From Sedimentisphaerales bacterium (GTDB taxonomy: Bacteria > Planctomycetota > Phycisphaerae > Sedimentisphaerales > Anaerobacaceae), in contig OY970194.1 in NCBI GenBank assembly GCA_963708075.1, positions 4,640,001-4,704,000 of the forward strand: 64,000 nt of DNA. The letters are read 5' to 3'. The first letter of the stretch is position 1, and each line of letters opens with the position of its first letter. The position numbers were made by a program, and so were the translations under genes. Below, piece after piece: positions 51,642 to 61,058 of this stretch. The notes beneath the pieces were generated by a model. It made no database searches. It was given only the letters and a program-made list of their open reading frames with translations, and was not told where the DNA came from.

Positions 51642-51953
51642 ATTTGCTTATCTCAAGCATCGGTCTCCCGCTCCTCCGTGAGTACCCAAGCCATATGCTA
51701 TGATTTGGCCCCGGTCGTGTCAAACAATTGTTGGGTGGAACGCCCGTGATGGACGAAGTGGACTTGGTGGACGGAGTGGACGCTTCGCCGATCTCGCTCG
51801 CGTCCACCACGTCCACATCGTCCACTACGTCCACCGATCGTTGCCACCGCTTTCTTGTCGTGCAGATTCTCTTTCGCGGTAGCGACGAAGCTGCTAAGAT
51901 GGCATGAGGCAAAAGGTTTTGCCTGTGCTCTTGTAGAGAAAGGAGCAGATGCC

Positions 51954-52609
51954 ATGAATACGATCTGGTTGAAAATCGCCGCCGCGGCGGTCGCTGTCGT
52001 GATCGCCATCATCGTGGTAGGCAGATTCAGTTCGGACAAGCCGGCCCCTTCCGGGCCGGAAAAGCAGAAGACATTCTACGATATGGCCGACCGGGACAAG
52101 CAGTTCAACGAGCCGCCCAAGCCGGTCGAGGAGCCGCCGGCCCAGCCGGTGCAGGAGCCCGCTCCACAGCCTGCCCCGCAACCCGAGCCGCAGCCGGCGC
52201 CGCAACCGCCCGTTCAACAAACGACGCCGGTACCGACCATGGCGCAGTCCTGCCGGCGTGGTGTTTCCGAGCGACCTCACGGGTCCGACCAAGCTGTACT
52301 TCATGCCGATGAGCGAAGAGGACGATATCGCGGCTCAGCAAATCCTGCCCTATGCCACGGCCGGACGGAGCATCGGCCGGTTGCCGATCATGCAGTACGG
52401 CCTGATGAATAAGGCCTGTCTGCAGATCGAAGCGCTGGCCCGACAGTTGGTATGCGTTTCGGGCCAAGCAGATGTTCGAGGAGATCACCCAGTACTCCGA
52501 TCGCCATGCGGGGACCTACAAGATCACGCCGCAACGACTGGATATCAGCAGATTCATGAAGCCGAGGCAGGGCACGGAGCCCCGGACTGTGGAGCCCATC
52601 CGACGATGA
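51954..52609 (+). CDS. Membrane-anchored Pro-rich hypothetical protein, several frameshifts
   Basis: AAGGAG RBS, N-terminal TM, coding-like segments switch frame; TGA overlaps the next ATG. Confidence 0.5.
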
Positions 52610-53492
52610 CAGCAGATAATGGAATGATCCCCGTAATCTCGATCACCGCCGACTGCCTGCCCGAGGCGTGGGAGAAGGCGGTCCTGGCCGTCTGGGACCA
52701 GGGCCTGCGAGGTCAAGACCCAGTACGACAAACCCAACGATCCGCCGAGCAGGGATGCGACGGTCATGATCGCCGTCAGCAATCCGTTCAATGAGCCGCG
52801 GATCCATAAGAACTTCCCCGGCGGGCCCGAGGAGCTGGAGGCCTATCGCCAGGAGGTCGTCGACGGCATCCACGACCACTGGATCGACCCGGCCGCCGGC
52901 AAGTGGACGTATACGTACCACGAGAGGCTTTTCGCGTACCGTCCCGTCGAGGATCTGCGCAACGCCAAGGCTCGAAGCCGTTCCCGCCGGTCAACCAGAT
53001 CCAGTACATCATCGACTAGTCTCGCCGAGGCCGGTCACACCCGCCGGGCCCAGGCCGTCACCTGGATGCCCACGGCCGACCCACAGACGGATGATCCGCC
53101 CTGCCTGCAGCGGATCTGGTGCCGGCTCGTCGCGCGATGAGGCGGACGAATGGGTGCTGAACATGAACACCCACTGGCGCAGCCGCGACCTGTACAAGGC
53201 GTGGTTCATGAACGTCTACGCGCTGACCGACCTGCAGCGGACGATCGCCAAGGCGATTGCCGCCAAGCGGGGCGAGCCCGTGCACGTCGGCCGCTACGTC
53301 GATATCAGCGACTCGCTGCACATCTACGGCAGCTACTTCCGCGAGGCCGCCGTCGAAGTCGAGAAGATGCGAAAGACCCCGTTCACCCAGCGGGCCTGGG
53401 ACAGCAACGCATCCGGCCTTCGAGATGATGACCCAGGAAGCCCGGAGAAACTGGCCCAGGACCCCGACTGGTTCGCGAAGGCCCGAGGATGA
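52606..53492 (+). CDS. thyA: Thymidylate synthase-like protein (archaeal-type), several frameshifts
   Basis: YTYHERL, TRRAQAVTW, DPPCLQ, WRSRD, N.YAL, SLHIYG spread over three frames. Confidence 0.75.
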
Positions 53493-53582
53493 AAAGTGTG
53501 AAGTGTGATGTTTGACTGTTGATTCTTAAAATCAAACATCACAAATCAAAAATCAAACTCTCCACGACATCAGGAGCGGCTA

Positions 53583-54443
53583 ATGGCAATCGTCGTGAAT
53601 GGCGAACGAATTGAAGATCGTGACATTCAGCAGGAGGTGCAGCGGCTGCGGCCCAGCTACGAGCAGGCCTTCACCGGAACTGGACCCCGCCCGGCGGGAG
53701 GCCCAGCTCACTGAATGGTCGCAGGAGAACGTTATCGAGCGCGTCCTGCTTCGCCAGGAAGCGAAGAGCCAGCGGCACGGCGATCCCCGCCGCCGACATC
53801 GAAGCGGCCCTCGTCCGGCTCAAGGAGCAATACGAGAAACCGGAGGACCTGTACAAGGAATTCAACGTCGACAGCGACGACAAGATCAGCGAGATGATCG
53901 AGCTGCAGATGAAGGTGGAGCACAAGATCCGCGACATTTACGCGGAGGCGCCCGAGCCCTCCGAGAGCGAGATCGCCGAATACTACGAGCAGAACAAGGA
54001 GCAATTCAAGTCAGGCGAGCAGGTCCGCGTCGCCCACGTCGTCAAGTACGTCAACTGGCAGACGGACGAGGCCACGGCGACGGAGACCGTCACGCAGGCC
54101 CACGAGGAGGTCGCAGCGCGGCGCCCCGTTCGAAGCCGTCGTGGAGAAGTACACCGACTGCGCCGACAGCGGCGGCGACCTCGGGTACGTCATGCGGGGC
54201 CAGATGGTCGAGGAGTTCGAGGACGTGGTCTTCAACCTCAATCCCGGCCAGGTCAGCGACGTGTTCCGCTCGCGCTTCGGGTTCCACCTTGCCAAGGTCT
54301 ACGACCGCAAGCCGCCGACCATACCCGATCTCAAGGACGTCAAGAAGCAGATCACGGAAGCCGTGCACGAGCAAAAGAGAGAGCAGGCCCTCGGCGAATA
54401 CCTCGACCGGCTCCGAGGCAAGGCCGTCATCCAGGAAGCCTGA
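53583..54443 (+). CDS. Parvulin/PpiC-type peptidyl-prolyl isomerase, several frameshifts
   Basis: VRVAHVV, GGDLGYVMRGQMVEEFEDVVF.L.PGQVSDVFRSRFGFHL. Confidence 0.8.
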
Positions 54444-54584
54444 GCGCCGGGGCGCCGATTGCGGATTTCGGAGTGCGGAATAGAGGTCGTGGCCGACACG
54501 CCCGTTCATCCGCTGTTCAGAAGAATTGGCAAGAAAATCGCCTTCCTGGATTTGCCTCCCGTGATTTCTATTGTAAATTTTCAT

Positions 54585-54811
54585 TGGGCGGGCAGGAAAA
54601 CGGGGTGGGCGAAAGCCCGGACCCGTGCCCAGCCCTGCAAAGAGATGTCCCGGGCAGGACCGGGACCTCTTGGGAGGAGCACGACTCCAGGCCCACTTGC
54701 GAACGCATACTCGGATTGGATAACGTCACAAGCACGAATTCTATTTGGGGGGGCTGTGTGAATATCTTTCCGAGTAGCCTCTGCATCCCCTGATGCAGAG
54801 GCCTTTTTTTT
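54585..54811 (+). ncRNA. Candidate free-standing structured small RNA
   Basis: Four consecutive stems, upstream promoter-like TTGCCT-16-TAAATT, ends in a terminator, no credible ORF. Confidence 0.35.
54777..54811 (+). terminator. Rho-independent terminator
   Basis: GCCTCTGCATC-loop-GATGCAGAGGC + T8. Confidence 0.85.
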
Positions 54812-54882
54812 GCGCATGACGTCAGCGCCATCCGCGGACAACCTGCTGAAACGGGTTCAACGTGGTGCGTCACTGCGGATTG

Positions 54883-56031
54883 TCATAGTTGCGCCTTGTC
54901 GAGGCGCTTAATGAAGGACGGCTTGCGCGTATGGGCGAGGCGGACGGCCTCCAGCCTCATGCGGAACTGGCGGTCCGTCCCTTCCCTCTGGGCGAGGTCC
55001 CTCAGGTCAATGAGCAGCTTCACGGCCTCATCGTAGCTCTTCGGCTGCGTCTCAGCGATCAGGCGGTCGATCCGGGCCCAAAGCTGCGGCTGGCGGCCTG
55101 CGATCTCATCGAGGCGCTTCGCCCGAGCGGCCGCGGCCTCGCGCTGCCGACGTGCCGCTTCCTCTGCGCGTTCCCTGGCCTTGGCTTGCCGCCACCGCTC
55201 CTGTTGCGCTTGAGCGGCCTGGAGCAGCTCGCCCACGGTCCGCCGAGGAGCAGGTTTCTCCAGGCCGTGCCCGGTGTCCTCGCGGTCCTTGCGGAAACGC
55301 TGAAGCAGTTCCGCCGCAAGCGCCGGGTCTTGATCGACGATGAGCTTGGCGAGCATATCGTCTTTCTCTGCAACGGACAGCCCAGCCACCCAGGCACGGG
55401 CCCCATCATGTGACGGTTGTGTTTCGTCCACCTCGGCACTGGCCTGGGCGGCTGCATGAAGCAGGTGTTCATCGATGCGCAGGAATGAAACGAGGCTCTC
55501 CAGCGGTTCGCTGAGCTGCCCGAGCCCGGGCGGCACGGCCGACTCGGTGTCCTCATCGTCCAGCTCGCCGTGTTGTACGCACAGCAGCCACCCGATGTAC
55601 AGCGCGCGCAGGTCGCCGCGAGCCAGCTCCGCGCGCACGGGCAGCACCGGCGAAATGATGCCGTCACCCTCTACCCAGTCCCACTCACCCTCTTCCTCGG
55701 AGACGAAGGAGACAATCGTATTGCCTCCGCTCTCCCAGGCGTAGGCACTATCGCCGACACAGTACTCCCGGGCTGTCTCGAGATCGAGCAGTCGTGAGGA
55801 CAGTCGCAGCTTGAGAACCTGGGTACCCCAGTTGGCCACGTAGATGAACACATCGAAGTATTTCTCCATCCATGCGTCCTCGTTGCCTTTGAATTGGCCC
55901 CAGGAATAGTCATTGATGAAGCTGGTCCGCGTGATCCGGGCGCGCGTCGAATACGAGCGCAGCTCACTCATCTGCTTGTCAGTCAGCGGCCGATCAATGG
56001 CCTGAAACTCATAGTATTGGTACTCGCTCAT
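54883..56031 (-). CDS. Hypothetical protein
   Basis: 382-aa ORF, MSEYQYYEFQAIDRPL start, GGGAG upstream; function not recognised. Confidence 0.75.
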   Translation of the reverse strand: MSEYQYYEFQAIDRPLTDKQMSELRSYSTRARITRTSFINDYSWGQFKGNEDAWMEKYFDVFIYVANWGTQVLKLRLSSRLLDLETAREYCVGDSAYAWESGGNTIVSFVSEEEGEWDWVEGDGIISPVLPVRAELARGDLRALYIGWLLCVQHGELDDEDTESAVPPGLGQLSEPLESLVSFLRIDEHLLHAAAQASAEVDETQPSHDGARAWVAGLSVAEKDDMLAKLIVDQDPALAAELLQRFRKDREDTGHGLEKPAPRRTVGELLQAAQAQQERWRQAKARERAEEAARRQREAAAARAKRLDEIAGRQPQLWARIDRLIAETQPKSYDEAVKLLIDLRDLAQREGTDRQFRMRLEAVRLAHTRKPSFIKRLDKAQL

Positions 56032-56217
56032 CTGTCTGAGTACTCCCGTCCTATGGCGTGCCTCATTTCATCGCATTTCGCACAACGCCCCAGCTTGTGT
56101 CGGTCGATTTCTTCGATGCATGAGGCATATTATAGGACATATGCTTGTATTGATCCAACCTTTCGGACGACGAAGGATAGTATGGTATAATGGTACTATC
56201 TTGCTATTCATTCAGGT

Positions 56218-57522
56218 ATGGCAATGGGTGAGCAGGCCCAATTGACAGAATTGTTGACGTCAGAGAAGTTCGCACGGATCGAAGGGGTGTTTCGCAGGCA
56301 CTTTCAGCTTGGCCTGGAGACCACCGGCGGCGACGGCGAACGAATCGAGGGCCTGTGCAGCGGCGATTGTGAGCCCGAGTTCTGCCGGCTCGTGCAAGCC
56401 GGCGCGCAGGGGCGGACTCGGTGCATCGCCGAGCGGAGGCGGGCGGTGGAGATCGCCGCCGAAACGGGACAGTCCTTCATCACGATCTGCCACGCGGGGA
56501 TCGTGCTGGTCTGCGTGCCGGTGGTGGACCGGGACAGGGTCCACGGCGGGATCTTCTTCGGCAAGTGCCTGTGGGAGCCGGCCACCCAGATCGTGGGCGG
56601 GGACATCGAGCGGAAGCTGCAAAGCATTGTTGCGAGGCAGGACGAGATCAGCCGGGCGATCGAGATACTGCCCGTCGTGCGCGGCCGGCAAATCCACAGG
56701 GCAGCCGAGTTCCTCTTCGACCTGCTCTACGAGGTCGGCGGGTTCGATGCCCGGGTGATCCGCTGGCGGCGGGAACGTGCAGAGCAGCAATCGGAAATCG
56801 GCGAGTTCATCCAGGAGCACAAGAAGCTCGGGGCGAAGTGGCAGTACCCGCTGGAGAGCGAGCGGGCGCTGCTCCAGAAGGTCAAGATCGGCGACCGGAC
56901 GGGGGCCAAGGAGATCCTCAACTCGATCCTCGGGACCATCCTCTTCAAGGATATTGGCGACCTGGGCATTCTCAAGGTCCGGCTGCTGGAGTTGCTGAGC
57001 GTGCTGAGCCGCTCGGCGGTCGAAGGCGGCGTCGATGTCGATGTCATGCTCGAGAAGAACCTCGCGTACGTCAACAAGTTGATGCAGATCGGCAACCAGG
57101 AGGACCTATGCGCGTGGATCAGTGCGGCCCTGAATGAGTTCCTGGAGCTGGTGTACTCGTCGCAGGACGCGAGGAAGATCACGCAGGTGACGCCGGCGAT
57201 CAACTACATCGACGCGAACTACGACAAGCCGATCACGCTGGCCGAGATCGCCCGCGCGTCGCACCTGAGCGCATCGCGCCTCGCCCACATTTTCAAGGAG
57301 CAGATGGGAATCACACTGATCGATTACCTGACCAGCGTGCGAATCGAGCAAGCCAAGGAGTTGCTGTTAGCCACTGATCAGAGCTGCACAGAAATCTGCT
57401 TCCAGGTCGGCTACAACAACCAGAGCTACTTCACGCGAACGTTCAAGTCCGTAGTGGGCATGACCCCCCGGCGATTCCGAATCCAAAACCGCCGCGGCCC
57501 CACGACGGTCCAAGGCTCCTAA
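56218..57522 (+). CDS. AraC-family regulator with PocR-like sensor domain
   Basis: FC.LV, CHAG in the N-terminus; C-terminal double HTH VGYNNQSYFTRTFK. Confidence 0.88.
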   Translation: MAMGEQAQLTELLTSEKFARIEGVFRRHFQLGLETTGGDGERIEGLCSGDCEPEFCRLVQAGAQGRTRCIAERRRAVEIAAETGQSFITICHAGIVLVCVPVVDRDRVHGGIFFGKCLWEPATQIVGGDIERKLQSIVARQDEISRAIEILPVVRGRQIHRAAEFLFDLLYEVGGFDARVIRWRRERAEQQSEIGEFIQEHKKLGAKWQYPLESERALLQKVKIGDRTGAKEILNSILGTILFKDIGDLGILKVRLLELLSVLSRSAVEGGVDVDVMLEKNLAYVNKLMQIGNQEDLCAWISAALNEFLELVYSSQDARKITQVTPAINYIDANYDKPITLAEIARASHLSASRLAHIFKEQMGITLIDYLTSVRIEQAKELLLATDQSCTEICFQVGYNNQSYFTRTFKSVVGMTPRRFRIQNRRGPTTVQGS

Positions 57523-57671
57523 AGACCGCTGAACAGGTTGTTCAGGATGTGCGTCAGTGTGCTCGCGGCGACGGACCTGCTCCTGTACGCGACGAGGCCC
57601 AGGACCCAGGCGACATACAGGAAGCATGCGAAGGCAAGCGTGCGTTTCAGCGCATGGCGAGACTCGTTCAC
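57519..57671 (-). CDS. Putative 50-aa single-TM small protein
   Basis: GTG start overlaps the TGA of the upstream gene; TLAFACFLYVAWVLGLVAY. Confidence 0.4.
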   Translation of the reverse strand: MNESRHALKRTLAFACFLYVAWVLGLVAYRSRSVAASTLTHILNNLFSGL

Positions 57672-59248
57672 AACAGCGGTTTTCGCTTCTTGTCCCAGCG
57701 TTCGCGGAGCCGTATGGAATCCAGGCCGACGTACTTGCCTTTGGCAAGCGCGTTGCGGCCGACGCATTCCAGGCGCAGCGTGTGCTTGCCGGGAGTGAGC
57801 TTGAAACTGCCCAGGTAATTCTCCCTGACCTGGAGGGTCGGCGAGTAGAAATCGTAGTCCGCGACCTTCTGGCCCACCATGTAGTCGGCAGGCTCGTGGA
57901 CGTTCTTGCCGTCGAGGAAGACGCGGTACGTGCCGTACTCCTCGCCGTAGCTGAATCGCAGGATCAGGCCGCGATATTCCTCCTTCTCGACCTGGAACTC
58001 GACTTCCAGGACGGGCCGGTCGTCGGCGGGCATGAACAAGAGCTGGCCGTCACCGGTCCAGTCGTAACCTTTTTGCAGCTCCACCGCCCCGGGTGAATGC
58101 TTTGCGGTCGGCAGCAGTGTTTTGCCTTCGATGGTGATGTCCAGGTTGGGCAGGAGCCGCTGGGCGAGGGGCGGCAGCTTCGTGAATCGCTTGGGCTGTC
58201 CCACCTGATACCAGAAGGCGACGGTCGCCATGTCATCCTCACGCTCGACGTGCCCCTCGACCTTGCCGGTGGTCGTCTCGTCCTCCGTGATCCAGCCGGT
58301 GTGCTCGATCTCGAATCGCAGGGACTTCGTGAATCGCACCGGATCGGCGATATGCCAGCGATAAAGGCAATATTCCGTGCCGAGGTTCTCGAAGTCCGTG
58401 CTCATGTACGTACAGCCGTAATAGGGATAGAGGCTCTCGTTGAGACCCCAGGCCATCAGGAAGTAGTCCTCGGTGCCCGTGCCTTGGATCGTAGGTTTCT
58501 TGTCACCGTCCACGTAGAACTTGGCATCGCCTTCTCCGAACCAGAAGGGGCTGCGCGAGCGAGCGGACATGACGGTTCCGACATAGTGGCCTTCGCCTTC
58601 AGCATCGAGGATAAGGTAATCCCGGCCGGTCTTTTCCGGGAATTCGTTGCGGTATTGCGCACAGAAGTAGGCGGTCTTCTCGCCAAGGCTCTCGCCATCG
58701 GTGTAGTCAACGTGATAATAGAAGCTGCGGACGTTCTTCTGGCCTTCGTTCGTTACGGTGATGAGTCCGCGCTTGTGGAAGGGCATCGGCCAGTAGCAGT
58801 TGTAGCCGTCGCCGCTTTCGACCTGGACGGGAACGGAGCGGATCTCTCGCCGCAGCCCAAATCCGGCGCCGAAGAAGTCCCCCAGCGGGGCTTCGACCGC
58901 AGGATCTTTGCCGTCGTCCCAATACATGCGCAGGACGATCTCGTCCGGTCGGGCGGAGCCGCCGGCCTCAAGCCAGTTGGGCCGGGCCTCGTTGAACGTC
59001 AGCCAGATGTGGCGGATGACGGCCGGCCCCTTGATGTCAGCGAGGACTTTCGTCTCGCCCGGGGTAACGTACCGGGTCCTGTCGGCGTTGCTGTTCGGGT
59101 CGGGGTCGGCCGAAGTCACCGCCCGCGACCGGCCGGGCCTGGTCTGCGCAAGGCCCGACAAATCCTGGGCCGGCGTTGATGAGGCCAGACCCGCCACGAA
59201 CACGACAGATAGCACGAGGACAATCCTCTCTCTCGATGGTCTGATCAT
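57668..59248 (-). CDS. DUF2961 / GH172-family glycoside hydrolase, secreted
   Basis: GPAVIRHIW.T, PLGDFF, NCYWPMPF, WFGEGD, GTGTEDYF, YRWHIADP. Confidence 0.88.
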   Translation of the reverse strand: MIRPSRERIVLVLSVVFVAGLASSTPAQDLSGLAQTRPGRSRAVTSADPDPNSNADRTRYVTPGETKVLADIKGPAVIRHIWLTFNEARPNWLEAGGSARPDEIVLRMYWDDGKDPAVEAPLGDFFGAGFGLRREIRSVPVQVESGDGYNCYWPMPFHKRGLITVTNEGQKNVRSFYYHVDYTDGESLGEKTAYFCAQYRNEFPEKTGRDYLILDAEGEGHYVGTVMSARSRSPFWFGEGDAKFYVDGDKKPTIQGTGTEDYFLMAWGLNESLYPYYGCTYMSTDFENLGTEYCLYRWHIADPVRFTKSLRFEIEHTGWITEDETTTGKVEGHVEREDDMATVAFWYQVGQPKRFTKLPPLAQRLLPNLDITIEGKTLLPTAKHSPGAVELQKGYDWTGDGQLLFMPADDRPVLEVEFQVEKEEYRGLILRFSYGEEYGTYRVFLDGKNVHEPADYMVGQKVADYDFYSPTLQVRENYLGSFKLTPGKHTLRLECVGRNALAKGKYVGLDSIRLRERWDKKRKPLL

Positions 59249-59415
59249 ATTCTCCCCTTCGTCCAAAGCAGATTGATGTCAAGTTCTCATTTTACAGGGT
59301 GGCTCTTAGCCATCCGACAACTCCAATTGCTCTCCCGGGCACCGCCGCCATTGTAGTCCGGAGTCAGCGGGAAGTGAAACGCTGATATGTCCCGGGCAAT
59401 GTGTATGCTGCAGCC

Positions 59416-59507
59416 GGGTGGCACCGCCAAGCTCGTTTGACGGTGCTGATTCGATAGAGCCTGACCACTCGAAGCCCCACGGGCAAACGAGTTTACCCGT
59501 GCCACCC
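59416..59507. repeat. REPIN family C (intact)
   Basis: GGGTGGCACCGCCAAG..TTGACGGTG...CACGGGCAAAC..GTTTACCCGTGCCACCC. Confidence 0.8.
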
Positions 59508-59556
59508 AGAGATTTGGATTGGCCATCAGAGACTCAATTACGAGCGAGGGTCCAGG

Positions 59557-60980
59557 TCACCACATGGGGAATCGACTGCACAGGTCGCGCACCTGCTCGG
59601 TGGTTTCCTCACGGAAGGAGTCGTCGAGGTGGTAGTCGGTTTCGCTGCGGATCTCGACATGTGTCAGGACGCTGTCCACGAGGTGCGCAACAGGCTCCAT
59701 CTGGGCGGGACCCATGCCGTTGCGGGTGACGATCGGCGTGCCCAGTCGCATGCCGCTGGTGATTCGCGGGCTCTGCGTGTCGTAAGGCAGCCAGTTCATG
59801 TTGACGATGATGCCGCAATCTTCGAGGCATTTCTGCGTGATCAGGCCGGTCATGCCCGGGCGGAAGTGGGCCACGTTGGCCAGGAACAGGTGGTTGTCCG
59901 TTCCGCCGGTGAGGATGTCGTAGCCGAGGTCGTGGAACTGCTGCGCGAGGGCCTTGGCGTTCTCGACGATCCTGAACTGCCGGGACTTGTACTCAGGGGA
60001 GAGGATCTCCTTGAAGAAGACAGCCTTGGCGGCGATGTTGTTGAGGTATGGCGTGCCCTGGAAGCCTGGGAACGTGGTCTTCTCGATCCGCTCCCACAGT
60101 GGCACGGCCTTCTTGCCCACCTGGACGGGCATATCGAAATCCCGGCCCATGACGATCAGCCCGCCGCGAGGGCCGCCGGGCTTGTAGGTGCTCGTCGTCG
60201 TGAAATGGGCGTGATCCACGGGCGAAGGGTGCACGCCCGGCGATTACCAGGCCCGAGATGTGCGAGATGTCGGCCATGAGGTACGCGCCGACCTCATCGG
60301 CAATGTCGCGGAACTGCGCGAAGTCGATCGTCCGGGAGTACGCGCTGGTCGCCGCAGATGATCAGTCTTCGGCTGGAACCGCCGGGCCTGCTCGCGGATG
60401 GCGTCGTAGTCCAGCAGGAAGGTGTTCGGATCGACGCGAGTACTGCTCGACCTCGAAGAACTTGCCGGCAAAGGAGACCCTGGCTCCGTGCGAGACGTGG
60501 CCGCCCTGATCCATGGCTCAGGCTCAGGATGCGGTCGCCGCTTTCGAGCAGGGCCACGAGGAGGATCTGGTTGGCCCCGGTGCCGGAATGAGGTTGCACG
60601 TTGGCGTGGCGGGCCTGGAAGGCTTCTTTGGCCCTGCTGATGGCGAGAGTCTCGAGGCAGTCCACGATCTCGCAGCCGCCGTGGAAGCGGGCGCCGGCGA
60701 ATCCTTCGGTGGTCTTGTTCTGGACGACCGACCCGAGCGCCGCCAGGACGGCTCGCGAGCAATGGCTTTCGGCTGCGATGAGCTGCAGCGTGGTCCGCTG
60801 CCGATCGTACTCCCTGCCGATGAGGCGGTACACCTCTTCATCGCAGTGTGCCAGGGTGCCCAACAAGCCGTCATGGTAGTCGTCGCTGGTCAATGGCCTC
60901 GGTCGCATCGGTACGATGACCTCATGGACCTGCTTGTGAATACCGTTCAACACGTCGCCAGGGTGCGCGTTTGCCAACAT
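59557..60980 (-). CDS. Serine hydroxymethyltransferase-family protein (divergent), frameshifts at ~60230-60520
   Basis: [37 protein letters not shown]. Confidence 0.85.
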
Positions 60981-61058
60981 GCCCTTTGACTCCTTTCAAA
61001 GGCCGGAACAGTCAATTCCACCGCTACCGTTCTTCACATTATCGGCAACCGCACCGGT

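Noticed and set aside
54670..54712. SAH riboswitch
   Set aside because: GAGGAGC..CCAGGC resemblance only; lacks the GCUGC core and pseudoknot partner, and has no downstream gene
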